Of a DNA stretch of 64,000 nucleotides, positions 38,819-54,643 are shown in pieces. The notes below the pieces were generated by a model. The model was given only the letters and a program-made list of their open reading frames with translations, made no database searches and had not been told where the DNA came from. This DNA comes from Pelagomonas calceolata. Lineage: Eukaryota. The stretch is from the NCBI GenBank assembly GCA_918797485.1, contig CAKKNE010000003.1, positions 3,348,001-3,412,000 of the forward strand, in the 5' to 3' direction. Position 1 is the stretch's first letter, and each line of letters begins with the position of its first letter. The position numbers were made by a program, and so were the translations under genes.

Positions 38819-38857
38819 GGCCCGGGACTCCGAGTCGGACTCAGGCTCGGCCCGGGA
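38819..38857. repeat. Six nested/tandem +6 octamer insertions
   Basis: GGCCCGG-GA-C[TC-CGAG-TC]G-GA-[CT-CAGG-CT]-C-[GG-CCCG-GG]-A: 39 bp collapse to GGA after removing six hexamers by the rule. Confidence 0.85.
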
Positions 38858-39797
38858 GTCGGCAGCATTATACAATCCGAGTCCAGGGCACCAGAAGGGC
38901 CTGATTTTCCCGTGCCGTGCCGCGGCCAGTGGAAGCTTACTAGATTTTGACCGTGAATCGGACGTTTATTTCCTTGCACCCCGCCTCGGGGCCTGCACTG
39001 GCACTGTTAGTGTTATGTAGAAGTGTTATGTGGCCTTCAAGTTCGGCTAGGCAGGGCCGGAAGCCGGATATCCCCTAGCAGCCCTATATAGATATTTAAA
39101 GATGGATATTTAACGACAGGAAATAATGAGTGAAGAATTAGAGGCCGATTTCTCCAGTCTGTTGGAGCGATTGCGTTCCGGGCGGGTTTTATGTCGGACC
39201 ATCGCACCGCGTCGCAGCTGCTTTCTCAGCGCGAGGCTGCCTGCACGGTACAAAACTTCGCGCAGCCCATTATTTTAGCATACGGAACCTGCGCCTCAGC
39301 AAAATTTTCCCGCCATTGGTCGGCGCTTGGCTGTACGCTCATTGCGCCAAATACCGCAACGTCGACAATTGCGCGGGTTAACCCGCCTATGAATTTCGAA
39401 GTCTCCAAGGAGTCTTAAGCGTCGCAGGCTAATTCATTCTAATTTGAGCTAAAGGGCAACTTGGAATCGGACCTAAAAATTGGCTACTCAAGTCAGGATT
39501 CTCCCCCAAAGGACCGCCGACGGGATATGTTATCCTTCGAGATCTTGAACCCGAACGGACGCTTCTCTTAAACCATTTTGGCGAATATTTTGGCGAATGC
39601 AGGTCGCGGCGGCAATGAAAGTGGTGCTTGTAAGTTCCTCACGCGTCATGTCACGTCATGATCTCTCGCCGTCGCCTACTAGTAACTGCCAATTTCTACA
39701 CGTAGTGCATCGTGTCCGCCTCGGTAGACCCAGGGCGTGCGGGAGAGAGGAAGGACGCGTATGTGCGCGCACAGCCTTACGAAGTGAGAGGCCGGAG

Positions 39798-41000
39798 CTA
39801 CACTCGCTCGGGTATCTTCATGGCCGAAAGAATGTATCCTGCATTTCCGGACGTGGTCATGGCTGGATGAGAGCAGCTTGTTAAAACTTGGAACTCCCTT
39901 TGCCAAACTTCCGTGAGTCTTAAATTAACGGCAGCTTTAGATACCCTAAGCCAAATAAACACACGTGTGAGTGGTTCGACGTGCTCCGAATAAATCACGA
40001 ATGAGCCGCCAACACGAAGCAGAGGAAGTAGGGTTTTAAGGATGCTAAGAGGCTCGTGTCTAGAGGCAAGAACCTAAGGATAGATACATGAGAACCCCCC
40101 TTAGGACTCAGAGTCAAAAATAAAGATGGAAATTCGCTCGGTGGCAACCAGAGCATCCACCTTGCTGCGGAAATGCTGCAATCGTGGGGCTATCTCGCAA
40201 TTCTGAATTACATCAGCGGCCTCAGCGTTACGTGTTTTCAAATTAATAACTTTGGGAAGTGACGCTCTTTGGCCCATAGAGTGTACGTCTGCTTTTGAAA
40301 CAGTTTTCATTGGAGCTTGTAAGTCGCTAGGGGAAAATATGGTTTTGCCCTGTGGACCCACCAACTCTGCGACCGCACTTAGTACAACGCCATGGAATGT
40401 GTCCATCACAACAACACGACTTCCAGGCCTCGTATTACTTCGAGCTACAAGTTGTGCAATTACGTCCGGTCTGACGGCCTCTTTGTGCTTGGTCATCCGT
40501 GTAAAGTAAGCTTCGGCGAGGACAAAGGCAGTAGGTTCTAAAACCTGCACCCAAGGCATGTACTTCTTTGCCTTGCGCTTAAGCCACTTCGTTTTGGAGT
40601 ATTTGGTCTTTACACCCCATGTTGAACTCCCGAAGGCAAGAGCCTCAATTATTGCCAGACCAGAGTCACCTCTCGTTTTCATCGCCTGGAGGGTCATCGG
40701 ATTCACGATTTGAGCTTTGTTGTCATCATTCAGGTAACGATTATCGTTACTTCCCGAATGCATGCTACTCATCCTGCGATTTCCCGCTAATAATGCGCAT
40801 GGATCCAGAATGTTGCGGCTCGCTGGCATGAGCTTCCCCTCGGCTGCCACTGCGAACAAAGCACCATACTGCGATGAGATTAGTGAGTCGGCCTTACAGT
40901 TTGCTTTGCTAATTCGTAGCTTAATCCCAGTTTTACAATCGGCAAATACATAACCGCCGCCCGCAGTTAGGAGGACAACCGAATCGCCTGCAAGGGGCAT
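39798..41000 (-). CDS. TRM6: tRNA (adenine-58-N1)-methyltransferase non-catalytic subunit (Gcd10/TRM6), 2 exons
   Basis: DNRYLNDDNKAQ, STWGVKTKYSKTKWLKRKAKKY; exon 2 has LRLTEVWQREFQVL...HPAMTTSGNAGYIL. Confidence 0.9.
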
Positions 41001-41844
41001 TGCAAGGCTGTGTGTGCGATTGGCACGCCACTAGGGTTTCTTTTTACGAACTTGTGTTTTACTGTTGCGAGCTTGGATACGGCGCCAAGGGCCTCCAAAC
41101 CTACACGACGTTTGCTTCAGCCTAAGTTCAGGCCGCGAGGCTACAAGGATAGACACAGGGGGGGACTATGAAACGACATACTACATACGGAACCGGGGGC
41201 AGCGGTATTGCGGCTGCCCAAGTACCAGCGCGGGCGTCCTACGACGCCTCCACCCACCTGGTATCGTATCGACGCCAACATGACCCCGCTGATGAACACG
41301 ACGGTCTGACGTCAACACGCGGACACTCTCGTACAGCCATCCTGACCGTGAGGTCGCGATTCTCTCACGTCCGAGTCCGGCCCGCCGCGCAAACAAAATG
41401 ATGACTCGAGGCGCCAATAATGTGTCGACATGTCGACAGTCTATCTTTCGCTAATGAGCGTGAATTTGGCAGAATCGGCGACCGGGGCGGTCGATCGCGC
41501 CCCCGCTTTTGACGTAAAATGCCCCCGCTAGCCTCCAGAGCTCGCGGGTTCTACGTCTCGACAGCGTAAAGGCAGGGCGCCCTGTCATGTATGAGATTAC
41601 TAGAGACATGATGATCTATATTCCTACTAAGCTAGACACGAGATTGTCGGCCTGACGACGCCAGATCATACACTCCAGCGAGACATCCTTTTTGGGAGAG
41701 CCCACCTATATCCACATAGATCATGATTTTTCCTAACTTGATATGATTTGCAGGATTCTCTGAGCTCAGCCTCAGGCTGCTAATCCGGTGTGTTCAGCTG
41801 CCGTAAAGTCTAGCGTTCAGGGGTTGCGTTCAAATAAATTCACA

Positions 41845-42669
41845 TTAGCAGCACGCCTTGGTTTCGGCAGGCTTGGGCCTGACGCAGGGTAGTAAGAAAT
41901 TCATGCCAAAAAAACGTCAACTCTCGTTGGTACGCACGGAATTAGTGGAAATGCCTCTCGGTCTGATTGGGGTGCATGTGATGGCAACTTCTGCGCTACG
42001 CCGCCGGAGATGTGAGCCTTGATAGACAGCCCATACGTACCAATCTCATGAAAAAGTGATTTGACATTAGTATCATTCTTTGCTGATGTTTCTATGTGCA
42101 TGATTCCATTTTCTTCTGCATACTGTTGAGCTTCCTGTGACTACAAATACGCTGAGGGCAGCCGCGATCAATCACACCTGATAATCAATCTTCCGCTTGC
42201 TTTGTAAGTCTGCCTTGTTGCCAGCAAGCGCGATGACAGCATTAGGATCACCACGTCGTTGCAATTCTTTCACCCAGGACTTTGCACCATTAAATGAGTC
42301 TTTATTTGTTATATCGTAGACTACGATTGCAGCCGCCGCACCTCGATAGTACATTGGGGCGAGACTTCGATAACGCTCTATGGAAGAACTAAGCTGGAGT
42401 AACTCACAAAGTTTCCTGTCTCACCTTGTCCAGCGGTGTCCCATATCTCAAACTTGACAGTTGCAGCTCCGGTCGCAACAGATTGCGTTAAAAACGCAGC
42501 TAGGAGAGAAAATAAAAAACGCCAGCGACAAAGGGCGGGTACCTCCAATTGTTGGCTCCTGAAACTCGAAGAATTCGTCACGGACGAAACGGACGACTAG
42601 GCACGATTTCCCCACCGCCGTGTCACCGAGGAGCACTAACTTAAAGTGGCATACACGTGCAGCACTCAT
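41845..42669 (-). CDS. RAB5: Rab5-family small GTPase, multi-exon
   Basis: [55 protein letters not shown] and a C-terminal CC. Confidence 0.93.
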
Positions 42670-42840
42670 CACCTCGGGCAGCACTCGTCTCCCTAGTGGC
42701 TAGTGAAATAGCAGCTGACTAATAGTTGGGAATTTATTCTTTGCTCAGTTGCCGCCCATCGGGCCAACCAATCCCGGGGATAGGTAGTAGATCTCACCGG
42801 GGCCCCCTTCTATCAAACGGGAGGGAGGGCGGGCTAAATA

Positions 42841-43000
42841 AATCTGAGGACCGGCGTGAACCACAGCCAATTTGGCTTTGTGGTTGGCCGGAGGATCCGA
42901 GGGGAGCCTAAGGCTAGTACAGTAACCAGGGTAACTGTGCTAGCTGGCTCCTAGCCTCGCGTTAGAATTTGGTGCACTCACAGAGGTGTCCCACTGGCAG
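42841..43000 (+). repeat. Dispersed repeat family A, copy 3
   Basis: Colinear blocks shared with 16205-16345 (reverse) and 25125-25290. Confidence 0.7.
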
Positions 43001-43153
43001 CCCAAGGGGCAGCCTGAGCGGCCCACTGGCACTGCAGGAATAACCTGGGTTGTGTTTGGTGCCATAATAGACCCCATTGTGCTGGAAGCCAGCGTGGAGA
43101 AAATTTCTCAGGCACATGGTGCCTCTTTGTGTAAACGACAAATGTCACGACGG

Positions 43154-43522
43154 CAGGGTGGGACGCCAAACACTTACCAAACGTTTACTTCTCCCTCCGA
43201 GAGGCCTCCAAACACTTACCATCACGTCCCAAACACTTACAACCCGCACCCACGGTAACTTGAACCCGCGCGCGGCCGGGCGGCGGCCCATTACCGCACT
43301 CCCCGGGTGCCCCCCGCCCTGGGCAGCCCTAGCGACGTACCTGGAGTCAATTGCAGCCCGATATGCCGGTATTTCTCCGGTCTTGGCCGTTTAAACCCAC
43401 TTTTCCGAAGCAAAAACCCGTACCAAACACTTAGAATTTCGTCCAAACACTCACGTCAAACACTTAGATTCGGGCCGAGACACTTACCAAACAATCCCCA
43501 AAAGGTCTTGCGTCCCACCCTG
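43154..43522. mobile_element. hAT-superfamily MITE (369 bp)
   Basis: 13-bp TIRs CAGGGTGGGACGC (43154-43166 and 43510-43522); perfect 8-bp TSD CACGACGG (43146-43153 and 43523-43530); multiple subterminal CCAAACACTTA repeats. Confidence 0.92.
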
Positions 43523-44491
43523 CACGACGGTCGCCACAGTGTCTTGTAGCCTAGTAGTTGACTCGGAGGATGAACATATGTAAATATGACTGGGAATAAA
43601 ATACCCAGCTAGCTGAGAAATACCCAGAGGGCCCAACAGATCATGGATAGGCCCCTAGTACACTAGGCCGCTAAATACGTTGATGTGCCCCACATCGTAG
43701 CATTCCGAGTCAGCTTACCCTAGTCTCCCTAGTGGCTAGTCACGGTGACTCGGAAATAGCATATGTTGCAGCGTTACGCCGAGAACACCGAATCGGTACA
43801 CCATGGTACAACAAGTTGACCGTAGCTTCGCCCGGTCGTACCAGGGTAGCAGCCGCGCGCGGCACTGGCAGCTTGTGCGCACGCCCCGGGCCGGCGAGGT
43901 TTCGTGCGGACAAACTTGACTCGGAAGGGGATATCCGCTTCGAGTATGCGAAATAGCCTACAATACAACCTACAGAACCCTCTACCAATTCTTACGGTAA
44001 GGATTCAAGTTAAGTGTATTCATGATTGAGAGGCAAATGCCACTGGCAACGTGCTACTTGATGATATTTACCAAAACGCACATTTCAATGAAACGAACGA
44101 CAAGGATTGAGGGCGATTTTCACCCCCTTTTTCACCAAAGGGAAACAAGAGCTTACCCTTATCAAAAGGGGGAGTGCGATAAACAGGGCGAAATACCCCG
44201 GCGCCCCCCCCTATCCTATACTATATATAGTACCCTTCTTATACACTTACATCACCCTTAAGCCCGCAACGCGTAATAAACACAGTTAAACCAAAATTAC
44301 TTAGTGTATTTTAAGGTAGCTCCGCGGCAGACTATCTCAGCCGCCGCACTCCCAAAGGTGCGTACTCCTTTGGTCTTGCATTATTCGCACAGATCCCTAA
44401 CCAATCTACAATAACTATCTTATTTTATTGCATCCGTAAGAGCACCGTATGTGGAGGTTCCAGCGACAGTCATAACGTTGCCTCCAAACTC

Positions 44492-45268
44492 ATGGAGCGG
44501 ACGAATCGTTCGCGGAAGCACTTGGAAAACGTCTTGTGTCTCCAAGAAATTTGTCATCTGAATGACCGCAAGGTAGCTCTAAAGGAAGACAATTTCAAAT
44601 ACTTAATCGGGCAGATGGACTTGCGCAGCATCGTGGGAGATTTTACGGCCGCTATTCTCCTCGAAAAACCAACAAGGATATTCTCTTTTGCATCTGAGCA
44701 TTTTGCAGCGCTGAGAACCTCGACGACGCCAAGTCCGCCAATGCTAAATGAAGGAGTGCCCGCTCTTGTTGTTACTGGTGCCAGACAACTGCAGGTCTTG
44801 GATGCGTTGAACCAACAATTCCCAGGGAAATTCCTATCTCCAGTCATGACAACAACCAGACCGCCACATCGTAGTGAGCGACCGGGGATTACAATGAACT
44901 TTGTCACTCTTGAGATGATCAATGCAGACATTAGAGGCGGAAAATACCTAGAATCTGGTGCCTCAGCAGAAGTCGGCTGCAAAGGTGAGCTGATTGGAAC
45001 TACGCTGGAGGCGGTTGCACGTATTCGAGCCACAGGGGCTGTCCCATTACTCCATGTTTCATACGAACGTGCTGTCTCAGCTCGCATGTGCGGCAACATC
45101 AAGCCCACCCCCTATGCAATATTAGTGTGCAGTGAGAACGAGCCGCCCCAACAGGAACACAGGTCTAGTTTTGATAAGCTTATCTACGCGAGGAGCCTAG
45201 ATCAAGTAATTGCGGAACTAGTCGCTGTGATCAAGGCAAAGTTTCCCACTGTGGTCCGGGCTTCTTAA
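44492..45268 (+). CDS. Guanylate-kinase-like protein with an N-terminal RIIa-like docking motif
   Basis: LRSIVGDFTAAILLEKPTRIFSFASEHF (RIIa/D-D-like); TTTRPPHRSERPG...FV, GKYLES and GTTLEAV (GK-like). The P-loop is degenerate. Confidence 0.7.
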   Translation: MERTNRSRKHLENVLCLQEICHLNDRKVALKEDNFKYLIGQMDLRSIVGDFTAAILLEKPTRIFSFASEHFAALRTSTTPSPPMLNEGVPALVVTGARQLQVLDALNQQFPGKFLSPVMTTTRPPHRSERPGITMNFVTLEMINADIRGGKYLESGASAEVGCKGELIGTTLEAVARIRATGAVPLLHVSYERAVSARMCGNIKPTPYAILVCSENEPPQQEHRSSFDKLIYARSLDQVIAELVAVIKAKFPTVVRAS

Positions 45269-45934
45269 TATATGAAGGTATCTTGCGGGGTTTGTCTTGC
45301 ACTGTGGGTAATTTTGGCGCGGCATCTGCGCCGAAAATGATTCACGACGAGTAGAGTCGGCCGTCGCGGTGACAACTTGAATTGCGCGGTCGTGAATATT
45401 GCCGCGAAGCATTTTCTCACTCCGGGAGACGCAGCGGCACTACCGCGGCTCTCATTTCGCACCGTGACGAAGCCAGTCTTCTTTCGAAGTCCGGCTTCTA
45501 CTTTACTTACTGAGTACGGCTTGTTAAAGTCACAAGAAGCAGACCGGCTCGGAACACAGCCCATACTCACCGCAGCATCCCGAGCATACCACAGCTCGCG
45601 AAAGGTCCTTGTGTCGGGCCGATGCTATGTCTATCCTTTTGTCTGAGTCTAGTCGGCCCAGGGTGGAATTTGGACGCCGTCGAGACCCGAATATCCTTGT
45701 CCCCCTTGGGATGCCTGCCAAGCGGCGCGATGTAAGCCTTTGCGTCCCCTGGTCCTCGCCATGGTCTAGGGCCCGGTGTACTTATGCAACGCTCGCTGCT
45801 ATTGAGCTGCCTTTTTTTTGCCGCGGCTGCCCCCCTCTCCCGCTAAGGACGAGCAGCTGCTCTCGCAAGCACACCAACCCAAACTCTCACTCCCAAGACG
45901 AGGCCAAGCACTCCTAGGACCTACTCTACAGTCT

Positions 45935-45960
45935 CTACTGGATCTTTAAAGATCCAGTAG
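45935..45960. repeat. Perfect 26-bp palindrome
   Basis: CTACTGGATCTTTAAAGATCCAGTAG equals its own reverse complement. Confidence 0.9.
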
Positions 45961-46027
45961 CGTGATGTGGGGCTCGCTCCTCTGCCTCCTCCATCATTCG
46001 ATTTCTAATTTATTTGTTACGAGAATA

Positions 46028-46739
<712 letters not shown>

Positions 46740-47739
46740 CTGCCTCAGGAATACAGAGTCGCAGCTAAATACCGTGTATTGGCTGCAGGCTGCCTTCTAA
46801 TTGGCCAGCTTGTACTCCCTCCTTCCTGACCCTCCTCGAGGAACCTAGCGGGGCGGGTACGGTAAAGCCCGGCACCGGCACTCCTTTCGCGAGTTTCTCC
46901 ACCGCGGGGGGCGACGAGCTCGCACGACGGGGGGGGTGGGTGGGCGACAGGGTAGGGGCTCGGAAGTCGCTGGGGGCCCGTCGTGCTCGACTCCGACTAG
47001 TAGAAGGCCGACCCGTTGCCCATCGCTCGGACCCCCGCCGCCGGAGATTGATTTTGGCAGGCCGCCCGGCGCCGCGCCTCGGGGGACGCGGCGCGCTCGG
47101 CCCCAGTCAAATGTACTAAGTCACTGAGTACTAGTGGGAGTCGATCTCGGCTGGGTCGACATAAACATCGAGTAAACCCATCAACTTGAAACGAGTAATT
47201 GCCTGGCACTCAAGCGCGGACACATGCACTCAGCTTTGCCCGGTCGTACCTGGGCAGTAGCGCCACAGGCGTACAACTTTTAGCAACGTCGCGACGAGAT
47301 TTTGTGCTTACGAGAGTGGTTAACGGCTTGGAAGCCGAACCGCGGACCACGCTCGCCGCAGAAGCAACGCACTGGCCACCTGGGTGCCGATATGTGTTCC
47401 CACTTGGCCAAGGCCCGCACTGCGGGGCGCTTAGGGCAGCGAAACGACTTAGTATTTTATAAAAGGCAAGAATTACTAAATTTAGCTAAAAATCCCGCCT
47501 CCGTTCTAGTGAGTTAGGTTCGTTGTGACAACTACGTTGTGGAGGTCTGAACTTCACTATTCTGGTTTTCAAAAACCTCCTGGGTTTTCAAAAGATGCCC
47601 GAAATCCGTACTGGGTTTCCAAAGCATCTCCGAATTTCTTCAAAAGTTTACTATACCAGAATAGTCAAATCTCCCTTAATCTTCGCTCTGTTGGCCCACC
47701 GGGTGCGTCGCAAGCTTTATGAGATTGTGGGTGCCGAGT

Positions 47740-48448
47740 CTACTTCAGGAGATTTCTGATCAAAGAGCTTTGTGCCATATTTAGGGGCAGTTTGCCTTCC
47801 TTATTCACGATTCGCTTGTTGCATACACTTAAGAGAAATTGGACTGCATTTTCAAATCCCATTTGGGCAGCGAGATGGAGTGCTGTGTTGCCATCTGTGT
47901 CCTGGGCATTTATATCTGCGCCGTGCTCGGCAAGCGTTTTCAGAGACGATACATGCCCGAAGAGCGCGCCATAGTGCAGGGGGCGCATGCCAGCTGCGTT
48001 TTGTGCATTGACATCCGCATGTGATTCAATTAGGCGCGCAACAATGTTGATCGCACCACGTGCAGCAGCAACGTGGAGGGCTCTGGTACCAGTTTCATCC
48101 GAAGCGTTCGGATTTGCGTCGTGACGCAACAAAAGTGTGACCATAGTCTCGCAAGAGCAGCTGACCGCATGCTGCAGCGCTGACCAACCGCCGAAGCCTG
48201 TCGCGTTAACATCAGCCTTGATGCTAGATAGATACTTCACCGTTTCGTCGTGTCCGTTGCGTGCTCCCCAAACTAAGGGCGTCGTTTGAAATAGGTCATG
48301 GGCATCGACTTCCTGGCCATCTGTGGAATTCATGTAGCTCATTACCTCCTTCGTCTCACCGAGCCTAAAGCCATACATTTAAAGAGTCCCAGTCGCACAT
48401 GAACCTCGATAAGGCATGAATTGTATTCTTTTTGGTCGTGGAGGTCAT
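47740..48448 (-). CDS. Ankyrin repeat protein
   Basis: About five ankyrin repeats (TPLVWGA, SALQHAV, RALHVAA, RPLHYGA, TALHLAA). First exon uncertain. Confidence 0.85.
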
Positions 48449-48574
48449 ATGCTCGTTAGGTGCTTATAACCTACGGTACCTACGGTGGTAAAGATACGAG
48501 TTTATTAGCACGAGCTGCGCACGCTGAAAAAAAATGTCCGGTCACACAACGACTTCCCCGCCCCGATTTCGGTT

Positions 48575-48716
48575 GCCGTCACTGTGACTCGGAGGCTCCT
48601 CAGGGTTTGCCAGCCTGAGTGCCACTGGCAGTGACCGTGACTCTGAGTCGGACTCGGATATCCAAGTCCGACTCGGAGTCGCCGCGGCGGCCGTAGCACA
48701 GCTCCGACTGCCAGTG
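48575..48716. repeat. Octamer-word cluster with nested insertions
   Basis: TGCC[AG-CCTG-AG]TG 48608-48621, TGC[CA-CTGG-CA]GTG 48620-48633, plus ACCGTGAC, GACTCGGA three times, GCCGCGGC and TGCCAGTG. Confidence 0.8.
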
Positions 48717-49445
48717 CGCACCGGCGAGATTCCGTGCGTACACTGGCGAAGGTGGTATCCACCTGTCGCCGGATGATAGGCCCGGGGGGGGGGGGGTCGA
48801 ACTTGAAGTTTGAAGGTGGGACTGGCTTCCCCTAGCCGGAGATCGGTTAGTTCGTTGGAGTAACATTCTGCCTTCGCCTGCGACGCTTAAAACTCTGTGG
48901 AGACCTCGACATTTCTAAGGCCCGGCGGGGGGGTCACCGTGACTCGGACCGGGTCAAGTGCTAAGCCTATTAGCGTAACGTTGATTTTATTTTTTGGCGC
49001 AATGAGCGTACAGCCACGCGCCGGCCGGGTGGCGGCAAATTTTTGCTGAGGCGCAGGTTCCGTATGATAAAATAATGGGCTGTGCAGAGTTTTGTGCAGT
49101 GCGGGCAGCCTCGCGTCGAAAAATCGGCTGTGCCGCGGTAGCGCTGTCGACCTCGAACGCGCGAGCTCTGGAGGCTTGGGGCTCAGCGTCACGGTCAAGT
49201 GATTTTTAAAAGATCGTGCTGGGAGGAAAGCAGAGAATCCCCGCGTTTTTAGACGCTTCGAATAGACGATACGGCCGAAGAGTGCTCGTCAGGTACCGTT
49301 TCTTTCTTTCTTTCCCATGCTCTAGAGCCGCAGTACCCCTTGCAGTACCGGTACCACGGTCCGTCCCCCGTGACTGGCCCCCGGCAGCTCAGGAGCTGCG
49401 GTACTTCGTCCGAGGTTCCCGACCGGGTTGGCTTGCATTGAATCT

Positions 49446-53241
<3,796 letters not shown>

Positions 53242-53750
53242 CGATTTCGTTTTGGGTAGTGGCCTTTTTACACCATTTTCGAGCATCCAGAGGTCATCAC
53301 GACCTGTATTCGCTACGCTCACAGGTCATCACGACCTCTAAGCTCGAAACAGGCGCAAAAAAAGCCCAACCGAAAAAAATTCAGCATTGACCTTAATTAA
53401 TTAAGTAATCATGCCAGTGATATCAAAAAGAAAATTTGAAAACTGAACGAGCAAAGCGGCGAAGTTCGGTTCCGACTTAAGCCCTCTTACATGCCGTCCA
53501 GGCAAAACCCATACCGTCTCGACCGCCCGGGCCGGGCCGCCCACTGAAGGGCCCGGCACCCAAAGTGAGAGAATACCGTAGCTCTTCCCCTTTCATAGCT
53601 TAAACCCGCAAACTTGCTACGAACATACTTAAGGTAATGACTAATATTCACGCAAAACAGGGGCTGCAAACGGTAGGGGGGTTTGGGGTGCGCCGGCCGC
53701 GGGCAGGCCGCGGGCCGGACGGCGGAGACTCAAAGTTCCAAATCGACGTC

Positions 53751-53825
53751 GTCGTCGTCCGCATCGTCGTCGTCCGCATCGTCGTCGTCCGCATCGTCGT
53801 CGTCCGCATCGTCGTCGTCCGCATC
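53751..53825. repeat. 15-bp tandem repeat, 5 copies (GTCGTCGTCCGCATC)
   Basis: Five perfect copies; reads (DADDD)n on the minus strand. Confidence 0.9.
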
Positions 53826-54643
53826 GACTATAACCCCGCGCCGGTCCCCGGGCCCGTGGTTTCTCGCAGGAGCGCCCTCGAAGCTCTCTATTCGTCCGCG
53901 TCGACTTCGACGCGGCCGCCGCGGTGCAATGAATTCCAGCTTTTCGAGAGTGCTTGAAGTTGTCCGCGGGGCTCGGGGCATACCCACCGTACTGTCCGCA
54001 CCGTTTTTTTTGTGCAGTGGCATGCCCACATCACGTATCGCACATCATGTGGTGGGAGAGCGATTTGGCGCACCGCGAAATGTTGTGCTGCCGCGCTTTT
54101 TCTTGGCGCACCGCCTCGGCCGAATCCTTGAGCGGTCAGAAATAGCTTGGGGCTGCCTATGGGTGCGTTTAGGCCGCGCACGAGGCCAAAACAAAATCAC
54201 GTTTAATCGAGATTCACGGGTTTTTGCCGTTTTTCAGCACGCCGCTGCGCCCTAGTCCCGATCCCCGTACACCCCCCTGACCTCAGGCGGCCCTTAAGAG
54301 GGCCCTATGAGTCCCCCCGACCCAATCCGCGGGTACAGGCTAACGATGGAGCGAATCCCTATGGTGGGTGCCGGCCCCGTGCCCACTGGCACGCCGTCTC
54401 GGCAAAATGAACCATCGATTTAAAACCCGATAGCCTAGTAGTAGTTTTTTTGTGGTTTTATGAAACAACTCCTAAGTACGGGCGCATTGTGACGAGGCAG
54501 GATACTAGTAGTCACACTGGCATCCCCGCTCGCAATGAAGTACGAACTTGTGAACTTCGACTCCGAGCCTGAGTCAGTGCCCTGAAGTTTTCTGACTTGA
54601 GGTGGTCCCAGTTGCTCACCCGGTTGCTCGGGACCTCGCCGCA

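Noticed and set aside
43166..43495. CCAAACACTTA repeats as a CRISPR array
   Set aside because: They are too short and irregularly spaced, lie inside a TIR/TSD-bounded MITE, and there are no cas genes in this eukaryotic context.
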